DNA of 64,000 nt from a virus (IMGVR_UViG_3300037760_000114:40085-104084), one strand, 5' to 3'; positions 34,578 through 46,150 are shown, counted from the stretch's first letter. Notes: generated from the sequence alone by a model not told the origin. Numbers and translations: made by a program.

Positions 34578-34927
34578 CGCTGACCTGCTTCCGGCTGACT
34601 GCCGCACCAGGTGCAGTAGCGCTGCCCTGGCTCGGTGGGGTCCCCACACGGCTGGTGGACCCACTCGCCACGGACGATCCCGACGGGCCACACCATCGGA
34701 CAGGTGTCGGCGGGCTGGCTGGTGGCCGGGGTGTCGGTGCTGTTCGTGCTGTGGCCCATGCGACTCGTCTCCCTGGTAGTGGACGCCCTCACGTTCACTA
34801 CTGTAGCATGTCCTATAGGACTTGCACTAGTTAGTCCCCTACCAACTACCCGAGTAGGTGCTACATGGCAGCCGTTGCTATAGCAGGTGCCACCGAAAGT
34901 CCTAGTGCAGAGCGGTACGATCCGCTG

Positions 34928-35116
34928 ATGGCGACCAAGACGGAGCTGATGGGCATCGAGGCGGCGCGGCTCCCGCTCGGGAAGCGGTCCGCGCTCGCAA
35001 AGGAAGAGGGTGTGCATACGGTGCTCACCCGCTTCGGACAGCCGGAGACCGTGCTGGTGCCGATGGAGTGGTATCGGCAAGCCCGGGAAAAGCTCGGCGA
35101 GCCCACGGACCTGTAG
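34928..35116 (+). CDS. Phd/YefM-like antitoxin-fold protein
   Basis: MGIEAARLPLG...HTVLTRFGQPETVLVPMEWY. Confidence 0.65.
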   Translation: MATKTELMGIEAARLPLGKRSALAKEEGVHTVLTRFGQPETVLVPMEWYRQAREKLGEPTDL

Positions 35117-35578
35117 ATGGCGCACACCCGGCCAGGAGGACGGTCCTGCACACACCGCAGATACAGAATGACCTGCGACGAGTACGACGAACTCCGGGCG
35201 CGAGCGGATGGCCGCTGCGAACTCTGCGGCATCCCGGAGCAAGACACACCTCACCGCGTCCTGTTCCTTGACCACGATGCCCCTGTAGGCGACTACGCCG
35301 TTCGGGGACTGCTGTGCAATACCTGCAACAGCGGGCTGCATCTGCCCAGCCGGCAAGGGCCAGCAGTTGACCGGTACCTGACAAACGCCTGGTACCTCAC
35401 CAGCCCTCGCCGGGCGGCGCGTGTGCAGGTGGAAGCGGAGCGCGAGAAGCGGCGCGCGGGGCGCCTGGCGTCGCTGGATGCCGCGACTGCCGAGTATCGG
35501 GCGACCTCCGCCAGGCTCGGTGAGGCACGAGCACGACTGAAGTCCACGCGGGAGGCACTGGGTCGCGCTAGGCGATGA
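35117..35578 (+). CDS. Endonuclease VII-family nuclease with a C-terminal coiled coil
   Basis: YRMTCDEYDELR..ADGRCELC...LDHD...VRGLLCNTCNSGL. Confidence 0.85.
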   Translation: MAHTRPGGRSCTHRRYRMTCDEYDELRARADGRCELCGIPEQDTPHRVLFLDHDAPVGDYAVRGLLCNTCNSGLHLPSRQGPAVDRYLTNAWYLTSPRRAARVQVEAEREKRRAGRLASLDAATAEYRATSARLGEARARLKSTREALGRARR

Positions 35579-35590
35579 CTGCGCGGCCAC

Positions 35591-36211
35591 CTACGCCACC
35601 CCCAGCGACCGGAGATCGGCCAGCATGGCGGCAGCGTTTCCACGCCGATCCAGAACCGGCTCCGGTGCCCCCTCAGCCAGGGGTCTGATCCGGCGTACGT
35701 GCTCGGGTCGCCACGCCACCCCGATCACCTGGCCGGCCGGGTCGGTGGCCACCTGATAGCCGGTGATCCACAGGGCGTAGTAGTGCTCGGCCGCCTGTCC
35801 TACCCGGTGCTGACTGTCGGGGCTGTCCATCCATCCGGCGCAGTTGCAGCCGGCCACGTTGCAGGACAGGCCACCCACATCAACGGGACTGCTGCGGTAG
35901 TGGGTCATCCGCCCGGCCAGCATGGGGCACGCACCCGCTGAATACCTGGCGCACTCCGGATGCAGAGCCGGTTCGGCCGTCCACCCGGCGTCGAGGTCCC
36001 GTTGCCGCACCATCACCACCGCCGGGGAGGTCAGCGGCTCGGCGTCGATCTGACACAGCCGCTGCTGCACGCAGCGACGCATCCGCGAGTTGTGCACCGC
36101 CCCGAGTACGTGCCGACCGTCGCCGGACTCGATCGAGATGTACGGCACCACTACGCCGCCGACGGTGGGGCGGGCGGCGAGTCGGGTCGGGATCGGCGGA
36201 GTCTCAGCCAC
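35591..36211 (-). CDS. Conserved Cys/His-rich actinophage hypothetical protein
   Basis: VVPYIS...RLCQI...EPALHPECARYS...CPML. Confidence 0.5.
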   Translation of the reverse strand: MAETPPIPTRLAARPTVGGVVVPYISIESGDGRHVLGAVHNSRMRRCVQQRLCQIDAEPLTSPAVVMVRQRDLDAGWTAEPALHPECARYSAGACPMLAGRMTHYRSSPVDVGGLSCNVAGCNCAGWMDSPDSQHRVGQAAEHYYALWITGYQVATDPAGQVIGVAWRPEHVRRIRPLAEGAPEPVLDRRGNAAAMLADLRSLGVA

Positions 36212-39200
36212 CTACACCACCCCCCGGTCGCGGAGGGCGTAGTCGAGGGTGTTCTGGTCGTCTTCGTCTACGGCGGTCAGCGGATCCTCGGCGTAGACGA
36301 GCAGCACCTCCCGCGCCCGGGTGATGTCCGCCGGGCCGATCAGCTTGGTTTCGCCGTACAGCAACACCTCGAACAAGCGGCCGTCGGTGCCGTGCACCCA
36401 CTGCGGCAGGCAGCGGATCAGGCAGTCCTCGAAACCGCCCCCGTCCCGGTAGCTGCCGGAGGCGATCCACAACGTCCCGCCGTCGGCCACCGTCCACGGC
36501 TTAGTGGCCGCGGTCTCCAGGTCGATCAGGTCAGCCATCGGAGCCGCCGCCCTTGCGCCGGTTCTTCCACGGGTCCGGCGCCGCCTGCCGCTGCCACCCG
36601 TCTGTGCATTTCGGGCACACGTCGCTGACCGACTTCGACTCGCCCCCGCCCATGCGGACCTTCTCGGGGAACCGCCAGCCTTCGCTGTAGGCAGCCGCCC
36701 GGGCCTCGATCACCGAGGCGTACTGGATGTCCATCCCGTACTGCTGGCTACAGCCGTCGCAGACCAAGGTGTGGAAGCTGACCGTACGGGTGGCCATCAG
36801 CTGTCACCACCGATCAGCGGCTCCTGACCCGGCAGCGGTACGGCGGTCGACGGGCAGCCGTCGGCGTGCCTCGGCCCATCCTCAGACTCGGCCTGCTCCT
36901 CCCACCGGGCCATCCACAGCCCGCATGCGGAACACTGCTCATGCCGCACGCACTCGCCGCACACCAGCGGCCGGCCCGGATACCGATTGATCCGCCAACC
37001 GTCGGTGTCGTCCTCGTCCAGGTTCGGGATGAACTCGCCGAGCTTCGCCAGGTGCTCCACCGGAAACGCGACCGGCTGCTCGGACTCGAAGTCCAGGTAC
37101 GGCTCCTGACATTCGGAACAGTGCACCGTCCATAGCAGCACCGGCCGGGCATCCATCAGCGGCGGTGGGTCGCCGCCGGCCAGCTCCCGCAGCCCCACGG
37201 CGGCGAAGTGGCCCATCGGCACGGACGGAGCCGGCTTCTGCCACGACCACGCATCGGGTGGGTTGTCGTCCCGCATCGCCTGCGCCATGCGGGTGATCGC
37301 CGCGACTCGCGTCTCCCGCTTGCTTTCGTCGCTCATCGACGGGCCTCCCATTCGTCTGGAGTCGGTTGCCGGCTGCGGTAGATGCCGCTTCCGCTGGTGC
37401 GCACCGGCTGCGTATGCCTCACCGGCGACCGCCGCTGCTTGTGCCGTCCGCCGAGCCGGGTCATCAGCACCGTGGAGGGTTCGGCTATCGCCGCTGGGGC
37501 GAGGCGGCCACGGCGCTGCCTGCGCTCGGCCCGCAGCGCCAACCCCAGCAGGGTCAGGGACAGGGCGGCCAGGATGCCGACGCCACCCCACTGCATCACC
37601 GGCACCCAGTGGTGCTGCAGGAAGCTCAGCACCGGTCCACCTCCGCGAGGTCGAACAGCGCCGGCTGAGAGTTGTCGCTGCGGCTGCGGGGGTGCGGATG
37701 GCACAGGCACGCCGCTGCGGACAGGTTCGGCTGTCCGTCCGGTTGCAGGGCGCCCCAATGCTCGGCCCACGTCCGCCCGTCGTCCGTCAGTCCCCACAGG
37801 ATCGTGTTGCCGAGGCTGCCGATGACGTGACCACGCCAGCCGTAGCCGGCCGGCCAGGTTCGCGGGTAGCCGCCGTAGCCGTGCTGGCATACCCAGTCAC
37901 CGGCCTGGTACGGGCTGCGCGGCGGTACCGGGCCGACCGCGACGGTCAACGCCACGGTGCCGTCGGGCGCCCACACGATGTGGTCGGCGTAGTGGCCCGC
38001 CGCGGGGCGTAGGACTGCTGTGGTCACGGCACGCAGCCGATCCACGGTGCGGTGGCTACCGGGGTGCGTTTCGCGGGCCGCAGCAGGTCGCGCCAGTCCG
38101 AGCGCAGCCGCAGGCTCGCCACGGTCTGCGGACGGGCCACGGGTTTCGCTGCGGCGCGTAGCTCGGCGGCCCAGGTGTTGACCCGCCGCTCGGCGATCTC
38201 ACTCCAGGAGCGGCAGCCGCGTCGCCAGGCGGCGTGTCCACCGCTTTCGGTGGCTAGCGGCGGGGCGGTGGCCTCCCGACGGCTACGGAGCCGCCGCCAC
38301 GCCACGGTGCCGTGGTGCTCCACCGTGATCGCCCACGCCCGTGCCGCATCCGGCACAGCCGCCAGCCAGGCGGGGGTCTGCCGCAGCATCACCACCGCGC
38401 TGCCGAAGGCGGCTGCGGCGACCGTGGCCACCCACACGGTCCGCCGTCGCCAGTCCAGCACCTGCCACGTGCTGTAGCGCCGCAGCATCCGGATCGGCCG
38501 TTTCAGCACCGCCGGTAGGGGTGCCCGCCACGGCCCAAGCTCAGGAAGCGGCTCCCCCCGCAGATGCGCCCACGGGAACCGGTGCACGGGTGGGTGGGTG
38601 TCGGTGTCGTCGCGGCGGCGTTCGGCCCGTTGGGTGACCGCCTCCGGTTGCTCCACCGGGTCGTCGGTGGCCGCGAACACGTCGTACGGGTCTCCGGAGT
38701 CGTCCCAGTCGGCCTGCTCCGGACCCATGCCGGTCAGCTCCCCGCGTGCCGTCACCGACTCGCGGGCGGCCACGGCCTCCGGCGTCCCCAGCGATGACGC
38801 TTCGATGAGCGTGTCCGTGCCCCGGACGGCGGCCAGCGCCAGAGCAGCGTCGGCACGCACCGGCCGGTACGGCTCGGGCTCGGGCAGTCCTTCGTCGCGG
38901 GTGGGTAGGTCGCTACCGGCCACGGTGACCGGTGTGGCGCCCATCGCCACACGGCCGATCGCGGCGAGGGACTCCCGCTGGACCCGAAGGCGGTTGGCGT
39001 CCCACTGCTGCTGCCGGTGGGTCAGCCACCGCTCCCGCTCCTGGTGCCACCGCACCAGCAGCGCACCAACGGCGCCGCTGACCACCGCGACGGCCACCAT
39101 CAGCCACACCAGCACAGCAACGGACATGGTCACAGTCATCGGTCGTCGTCCTCCTGGGTCCGTGGTATCGGGTACCTGCCGCGTAGCCACTCATCGCCCC

Positions 39201-39811
39201 ATCGGTCCACATCGGCGAGTTGGTCTGCGATGGCGGCGAACTGGGTCGCCCACGGCGGGTCTGTCTGCTGCCACGGCACCGGTCGTTGCAGCGCTGCGTA
39301 GCCGGGGTCGGCGGGCTCCCGCTGCCCGTCGTCGACCAGCTGCCACGCCGCCCGCCACGCAGCCGCCCATTGGGGCCACACGACCGTCAGGAACCGCACC
39401 AGCACCAACGCCAGCGCCACGGTGGCCACCCACCCCAGCGCGGTCACCGCGCACCACCGAGGCAGGCGGGGCAGAGGGTCCCGGACAGCATCCGCAGCGT
39501 CCCGGCGGCGATCCGCCACCCGGTGTCCTGCCCACACACGGCGGTGCGACGGTCGCGGGTCAGGTGCCCGATTTCCCCGATGGCCACATGGAGCACGAGC
39601 ACGTCGTCGGTGCCGTCGAGGTCCGCCAGGGAGCGCACCGTGGGCGGGGCCGGGAACAGGGCGGCCAGCCACGGCTCCCGCATCACCTCTTCGACCACCA
39701 TCGCCAGGTGCAGCACACCGGCGTAGTGGTCGGCCCGCCGCAGTGCGGTCACCTCGTCGGCGAAGCAGCCGTAGTGCCGGATCGGGGCGTCGCGGGTGTG
39801 CACGTCGAACA

Positions 39812-42310
39812 TCACGCCACCGCCGCGAGGTCGAACAACGTTGGCATCGCCAGCTCAGCCTCGGCGGCCTGGAGATACTTAACCCCGTCGAGGAAGTAGC
39901 CCGGGTTCAACTCCACAGACCGCCCCTGCCGACCCAGCTTCAGTGCCCGAACCGGCACCGTGAACAGCCCGCCGAACGGGTCGTAAACCAGGTCTCCCTC
40001 GTTGCTGTACCGGCGGATCAGCCGGTCCACAATGTCGAACTGCAACGGACATACATGCATCGCCTGCGCCCGGCGTGACTGCTCCGTGTTGAGGGTCAGC
40101 ATCCGGTTGATGTCGTGCCACACGTCGGGGTGATGCGATCCCGGAGCGAGTGCCATGAACGTGGCCGGCAGCGCCCCACGACCCTCCAAGGCCTCGCCGA
40201 TGCGGACGTGCGCCTCGTAGTCGTAGACCTGCCGCAAGGTCTGCTCGGTGAACAGCCGGGACATCTGGTCGTGTGGCAGCGTGGCCAACTCTTCCGGTGT
40301 CAGGTGTCGCTCACCCGAGGAGCGCCAGAAGGCGTGCGCGTCGACCTGCCACCGAGAGCGGGTGTACTCCTGCTTCGACTTCGCCACCGGCACATCGGCG
40401 TAGCCCTTGGTCCGATCGGTCTGCGGCTTGTGGAACAGCAGGATGTACTCGGGTGAGCCGGCGCCCATCTTGGTTGCGTCCTTGCACTGCTCCGACCAGC
40501 CCAGCCGATACGTCTGGTTGTTCTCCCTAACCACATCGGTAACGACCGTGATCATGCCCATGTAGTCGAAGCCGTGCTTACGACTATGGGCGATCGCCTC
40601 CGCGTGGAACGGCGATACCGTAGGCACTCCAGCGCCGGTCACGTTGCCGAACAGGATGCGGTCCTTGACGTGGCAGCAGTAGATGCGCCCCGGTCGTAGC
40701 ACCCGCAGCAGCTCGGGCGTCAGATAGTCCATCTGAGTCCAGAAGTGCTGGTTGTCGTCGGTGTGCCCGAAGTCCTCGTACTGCGGGGTGTACTCGTAGT
40801 GGTTGGCGAACGGGATCGACGTGACGATCAAGTCGACCGATTCGCTGTCCATCGCCTGCGTCTCAATCACGCAGTCGTTGTTGGCGACCAGCCACCCCGC
40901 GCCGGACGCTTCGATGCGCTCCACGCCGATCGAGCGGGTCAGCGCCTCGGTGATGCCCCGCTGATCAAGCCCGTACTCACGGATGACCTCGGTCATCTTC
41001 GTCGTCAACTCCTCATGCTGTGCCCACTTGCGGCGCAGGGTCCGCACCACTTCCCGCTCGGACTCGGCGTGGATGATGTCGATGCGCACCCGCTCCGTCT
41101 GTAGAAACCTGTGGATGCGGTGGACGGCCTGTACGAAGTCGTTGAACGAGTACGTGACCCCGACGAAGATCGCCCGGTGGCAGTGCCGTTGGAAGTTGCA
41201 GCCGGACCCGGACAGCTCGGGCTTGGTGGCCAGCAGGCGACTTTCTCCGTCAGAGAAGTCGATGATCCGCTGCTCTCGGAGGTCAAGGTCCAGCGAGCCG
41301 TACACCTCAACCGCTTCCGGCAAAGCGCGCTTGATCGCGCGGCGCTCATCCTCCAGGTCGTGCCACAGGATGAAGTGGTCACCTGGTGAGGCGTTGACGA
41401 TCTCGGCCGCCTTCGCGACCCGCGCGTCCAACGTGCTCCGCTTCTCCCGCGCCGCGTCGATCACGCCCAGAGCGGCGCCCCGGAACAGGTGGCCCTGACC
41501 GTCGCGGTCCACCGGTGATTCTGAGTGGTCCACCGGGATCTCGTGGTAGATCACCTCGATCTCCGGCAGGTCATAGCCTGTGTCGTCGTACCCGAGGTCG
41601 GAGGGCTTCTGTAGGAACACCGCCCAGGTGTTCAGCCACAGCCAGAACTCCCGTTCCTTATGCGGGTACAGGGTCAGGTGATTGGCCTTCGTGGAGTCGC
41701 GCTGGAAGAACCGCGTCAAGGCTTGTCCGGTGTCCATCACGCCCAGGTAGCCGGCGTAGTGGATCAGCTCCTTGTGCCGGTTCGGCGACGGGGTTGCGGT
41801 GGCCACGAAGCGGTACTTCACCGCGTCGAACAGCGTCAGGAACGTCTGGTAGGTCTTCGATCCGAACGACCGCAGCACCGACGCCTCGTCGAGGCTCACG
41901 GCGTCGAACAGTGCCGGGTCCAGCCGGCCGTCCCGCACCGACTCGTAGTTGGTCAGGTAGATGCCCGGCCCGTCAACGTCACGGTCCCACCGAACGAACG
42001 TCACCTGCGTGCCGAGCATCCCGGCATCACGGGCGAACTCCTGCCGCACCCCCAACGGGCACACGATCAGGGCCTTGCCGCCGATCCGCGCCAGAATCAG
42101 GCGCATGATCTCCAGTTGAATCACCGATTTGCCGAGACCGAACGCGGCAAAGACTGCCCGCCGGCCGCCCCGGATCGCCCATTGGACAATGGCACGCTGG
42201 TGCGGCTTGAGGATCGGGTGAACGTCACCAGCCGCCACGGCGAAGCCGAACGTCTGGCTGAAGTCGACCTTGGCAGCCAGGAACTCGGCGTAGCTGGTGG
42301 TGACGCTCAT
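39812..42310 (-). CDS. SNF2-like helicase fused to an amino-DNA methyltransferase (beta class)
   Basis: GLGKS, LDEAS, TATPSPN, SGCNFQ, QAVHRIHRF; then VTSIPF (motif IV) and DPFGG (motif I). Confidence 0.88.
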   Translation of the reverse strand: MSVTTSYAEFLAAKVDFSQTFGFAVAAGDVHPILKPHQRAIVQWAIRGGRRAVFAAFGLGKSVIQLEIMRLILARIGGKALIVCPLGVRQEFARDAGMLGTQVTFVRWDRDVDGPGIYLTNYESVRDGRLDPALFDAVSLDEASVLRSFGSKTYQTFLTLFDAVKYRFVATATPSPNRHKELIHYAGYLGVMDTGQALTRFFQRDSTKANHLTLYPHKEREFWLWLNTWAVFLQKPSDLGYDDTGYDLPEIEVIYHEIPVDHSESPVDRDGQGHLFRGAALGVIDAAREKRSTLDARVAKAAEIVNASPGDHFILWHDLEDERRAIKRALPEAVEVYGSLDLDLREQRIIDFSDGESRLLATKPELSGSGCNFQRHCHRAIFVGVTYSFNDFVQAVHRIHRFLQTERVRIDIIHAESEREVVRTLRRKWAQHEELTTKMTEVIREYGLDQRGITEALTRSIGVERIEASGAGWLVANNDCVIETQAMDSESVDLIVTSIPFANHYEYTPQYEDFGHTDDNQHFWTQMDYLTPELLRVLRPGRIYCCHVKDRILFGNVTGAGVPTVSPFHAEAIAHSRKHGFDYMGMITVVTDVVRENNQTYRLGWSEQCKDATKMGAGSPEYILLFHKPQTDRTKGYADVPVAKSKQEYTRSRWQVDAHAFWRSSGERHLTPEELATLPHDQMSRLFTEQTLRQVYDYEAHVRIGEALEGRGALPATFMALAPGSHHPDVWHDINRMLTLNTEQSRRAQAMHVCPLQFDIVDRLIRRYSNEGDLVYDPFGGLFTVPVRALKLGRQGRSVELNPGYFLDGVKYLQAAEAELAMPTLFDLAAVA

Positions 42311-43715
42311 GACGCCGCCCCTGCTAGCCGTCGCCACGTGGTTTCCGAGCCGGCCCACCGCAGGTAGCACCCGTACGGGTCGCCGCAGCGGTTCCCACAC
42401 GGGCACGGCACCGGCGGGCACCAGGGGCAGCCGGGGATAGGTACCCGGTGCGTCATCCCTCGGGCGTGGGCGTCCGGCTCCGGTGCCTCCCGTAGCTGGT
42501 CGACAGCCGCCGGGGTGCTCACGTCAGCCACCTCCAAAGGGCGGCGATGGCGCCTGCGCAGCACAGGCCGAACAGCACCATGCAGCCGGTGCCTGCGACG
42601 GCGGCACCGAGGGACCGATCCCGTACGTCGTCGCGGCTCACGACTCGGCCCGCCGCTGCTCGATCAGCTGCCGCCACGCGGCGGTCAGCTCGTCGTACTC
42701 CTCATCGGCGCTGCGGGTAGACGCGTTGAACCCGAGCCCTTCCGCAGTCCACTGGCCAGGGACTCGACGGCCAAGGTCGTCCAGCGCTTCGTAGTAGTCG
42801 CCGTGCAGCTGGCCCAGGATGCAGTGGCACGTGGCTTCCAGGTTGAGCCGGTCGAGGTCGATGCGGTCAACCCAGCCGGGCTGATGCTGGTCGAGCCAGG
42901 CGGCCCCGGCGTTGACCCGCTCGGCGATGCTCGCGGCGCTCACCGGTCGACCTTGGGGTGGATCCAGGCGTCGTCGTCCGGCAGTGGGTCCGGCTGGGTG
43001 CGTGCGGCCAGCGACGCCACCCGTACGGCGATGTCGCGCGGGTCCGGGTCAGGACGGGCAGCCAGCTCCGCCAACTGCCGCCGGTAGTGGTCGAGGACGG
43101 CCGGCTTGTCTATCATGGATGCCATCGGAATCACTCCTGTCTATGGGGTTCCGGTCAAAATCGCGGCCGGGTGGTGAACACACCTGGCCGCGTCCACGTC
43201 TGGGGGCCGGGTGGTGTGCCCAGGGGGGAAAGGCGCACCACCCGGCCGCCTGTGGTGGTGCCCGACCCGCCCCCGTGACGGGCCGGACACCACAGCCGTC
43301 CGCGCACACACCCCACCCCCATGCGGTGGGCGCTGGACGACGTTGCCCCGGCCGGGGGTGGTCAGGTGTGGGCTAACCCCACCCGGCCGGAAGTTGGTGG
43401 CACCCGCGCCACGCGGCCCCGGTGCGGGCGCGGGTGCCATGCCGCCGGGCACCAAAGAGGTGGGTGCGCACACAGCGGCAGCCGGCCGGCTGCGAACGGG
43501 CAGCGGCCGGAGCATGGAAAGGGTCCAGTGGACAGCCAGCAACCCGACGGCGGCGGCCAGCTTCAGTACCGCACCGGAGTCCACCGGCCACCAGCGCATC
43601 GCACCCAGCAGGGCGGCACCGGCCAGGACCGCGCCGAGTCCGCCGAGCAGCACGGCGACGGTGGCGGTACTGGGGCGCCACGTGGGGTCGAACGCCCACA
43701 CAGCCAGACGGCGGA

Positions 43716-44243
43716 TCATCGGACACCCGCGTACGCGTCGACGGCCAGCCCACACTGCACCTCGCTGGGTGGCTGCCAGCGGTCACCGGCCCGCGCCGCC
43801 TGCGGCAGATGGCAGTGCGCGAACGCCTCCGCGAAGTCTTCGCCACCCGCGTTCCACCACGGGTCGGCGTGCCACCAGCCGTCAACGTCGAGGCCACGCA
43901 GCCACGCCCACGCCCCCCGGTCCAACCCGCCGGCCATGTCCCAGGCGTGGCCCAGCTCGTGCAGCCACGTCCACGTCATGTCGTCGGTGCTGTGGTGCTG
44001 CTGCACCGCCAGCGTGATCAGGCGGTGGGTGGAGTCGGCGGTGCCGCCATGCTCGGACGCCCCGCACCGGTAGGCGATCAACCATCCGTCGGGCAGCGGC
44101 ACCGTGCTGGTGGTGGTCACGTTGACAGCGCGGGCGGTTGCCTGGGCGCAGGACTCGCTGGCGTGGGCGACCGCACCGGCCAGGATGCCGGCACCGGCGA
44201 GGATCGCTGCCGCCGCGACGGTCGCGAGCAGACGCGGGCTCAC
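43716..44243 (-). CDS. Secreted zincin-like metallopeptidase
   Basis: Signal-peptide-like N-terminus (AHA-SE); HELGH and EDFAEAF. Confidence 0.7.
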   Translation of the reverse strand: MSPRLLATVAAAAILAGAGILAGAVAHASESCAQATARAVNVTTTSTVPLPDGWLIAYRCGASEHGGTADSTHRLITLAVQQHHSTDDMTWTWLHELGHAWDMAGGLDRGAWAWLRGLDVDGWWHADPWWNAGGEDFAEAFAHCHLPQAARAGDRWQPPSEVQCGLAVDAYAGVR

Positions 44244-44391
44244 AACGCACCGCCATACAAATCCTCAACCAGCGGCAGCAGCGGCTTACGCTCCACCACG
44301 GGCCGGTCACCGCCGAGTAGGCCGGTGAGGAACCCGGCCACGCCAGCGGCAAGCGCCAGCACGGCGACGATGGCAGCGAAGCGGCGGCGGG

Positions 44392-44973
44392 TCATGCCGA
44401 CTCGACATCCCGATCGTCATCCGCTGCGGCCTGGGGGCCTTCCAGCCGGTCAAGCCGTTCCTGGATCTGCTGGTCCGACTTGAGCAGGTCTTCGATCAGG
44501 CTTTCGGTCCGGTCGAGGCGCCGGGCTGAGTCCTGTACCGCCGAGTGGATGCCGGACAGGATCATCAGCTGCCCCTCGTGGAGGGTCCGCTGAGCCTGGG
44601 TCAGTTCGTCGAGGCGGGCATGCCGCAGCAGTTCGATGCCGCGCTTGAGGTAGGACTGCGCGCGGTCCTTCTTCTGCAACGACACGGGCAGGTGCTCCTC
44701 GGAGTGGATGACCCGGTAGCCCACGTTTTCGACCACTCCGAGGTACCGCCGGTGCTCCCGCAGCAGGGTGGTGTTCGCTGCCCCGACGGCCCGGTACACC
44801 CGGTCGCGAGCTACCGGAGTGTCGAGCCCTTCCTCCAGGGCTTCGATCAGCTCCTTGTAGGTGAAGGTCATGCCGGGTTCGGCGTCGTGGGTCAAGTCGT
44901 AGACGACCCGCCGGTCGCTGCGCCCGTCGTCACGCGACGGCTGAAACGGTGAGCCCGTAAGCGTCTTACTCAT
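44392..44973 (-). CDS. Hypothetical wHTH plus coiled-coil protein directly downstream of the pentamer array
   Basis: 193 aa; TFTYKELIEAL...NVGYRVI wing-like segment and heptad-rich C-terminus. Confidence 0.6.
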   Translation of the reverse strand: MSKTLTGSPFQPSRDDGRSDRRVVYDLTHDAEPGMTFTYKELIEALEEGLDTPVARDRVYRAVGAANTTLLREHRRYLGVVENVGYRVIHSEEHLPVSLQKKDRAQSYLKRGIELLRHARLDELTQAQRTLHEGQLMILSGIHSAVQDSARRLDRTESLIEDLLKSDQQIQERLDRLEGPQAAADDDRDVESA

Positions 44974-44990
44974 CGCTGCCCCCTAGTTGT

Positions 44991-45524
44991 GTTCCATGCC
45001 TTGCCGTGCCACGCCCATCCCGGCCGTGCCATGCCGTACCGGGCCGGGCCACGCCGAACCTTGCCGCGCCTCGCCGGGCCATGCCTGGCCGTGCGTGCGG
45101 TGGCCGGGAGTCGAACCCGGCCTACGACCATCACCGCGACCTTCCTTGCCATGCCCGGCCCTGCCTTGCCGATCCTGACCCCGCCGCTCCATGCCCTGCC
45201 CGGCCGCGCCGCGCCATGCCGCGTGCGTGGGCGCCCCGGACTCGAACCGGGGTGTATGCCATCCGCCCATCCCCTGCATCGCCTTTCCTTGCCATGACTG
45301 GCCTATCCTTGGACTGCCCTGCCCGGCCGGACCTTGCCGAGCCTCGCCCCGCCGGGCCGCACCCGGCCGCGCGCGAGCGCTGGGGGAGTCGGACCCCCAG
45401 TACGACCATCCGCTCTGCCATTCCTCTAACTCCTTGCCTCGCCCCGCCGGGCCGCGCCAACGCCTATCCGCGCCGGGCCGCGCCGGGCCGCGCCGTACCC
45501 AGACATACCGCGCCCGGCCACGCC
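44991..45524 (-). repeat. Downstream GG(C/T/A)-NN pentamer array: 4 tracts separated by 3 tRNA-like minihelices; probable ncRNA
   Basis: Tracts 44991-45090 (20 units), 45141-45220 (16), 45279-45368 (18), 45429-45524 (~19); separators 45091-45137, 45221-45269, 45369-45415. Confidence 0.9.
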
Positions 45525-45537
45525 CTGAACGTCCATG

Positions 45538-46104
45538 TCAGACGATCCGCACCGAGAACCGGCCGTAACCGTTGGTCCGGTTATCCCCCAGCCCTTCCGC
45601 CTTCCCCGCCAACTCGGCCACCCGCTGCAAGTCGCTGCGGTCCATGACGCTTTCCAGCAGAATCGCGTCTGCCACCAACGCCCAACGGGGGAACTTCGGA
45701 CGGACCCGCATAGTCCGCTTTCCGCTGATGCCAACGGCTGCCCGGTCGTGGAACTCGACCCGCTTGAACAGCTCCTGCGGGTCCTCCGGGCCTTCGTACG
45801 ACAGCGGTACGTTCATCTCGGTGAACTGCAACGCCCGGGTGACCTGCGTACCCTGCTTGCTGATCTTCCCGGCCTGGATGATGCACTTCCGCACGTTCGC
45901 GGTCGGCATGACGATCCGGCTGTCCTCCACGTACAGGCCGCCGAACCACTCCAGCCGCTCAATCGCCCGCCGGTCGTCCTCGGTCTTCTTCCGCTTGCTG
46001 GTGTAGGTCTGGATCTCCCGAACGATCGGGTTATCCGGATCGGCCAGCGAGATGTTGTGGCAGAGCAGTGGGCTAGTGCCCGTCAGCTCCAACTTGATAT
46101 CCAT
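45538..46104 (-). CDS. Stand-alone Cas7/RAMP-like (RRM-fold) protein
   Basis: 188 aa with a strong RBS (AGGAGG); N-terminal strand IKLELTGTSPLL, MPTANVRKCI helix, C-terminal glycine loop GLGDNRTNGYGRFSV. Confidence 0.72.
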   Translation of the reverse strand: MDIKLELTGTSPLLCHNISLADPDNPIVREIQTYTSKRKKTEDDRRAIERLEWFGGLYVEDSRIVMPTANVRKCIIQAGKISKQGTQVTRALQFTEMNVPLSYEGPEDPQELFKRVEFHDRAAVGISGKRTMRVRPKFPRWALVADAILLESVMDRSDLQRVAELAGKAEGLGDNRTNGYGRFSVRIV

Positions 46105-46150
46105 CCGGTTCCTCCTATGTTCTGGGGCTGCCTGCCCCTGTCTGTTGTGG

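Noticed and set aside
226-44300. Many long plus-strand ORFs (e.g. 513-1451, 1467-2588, 14301-15722, 38598-39899)
   Set aside because: These are antisense shadows of real minus-strand genes in high-GC DNA.
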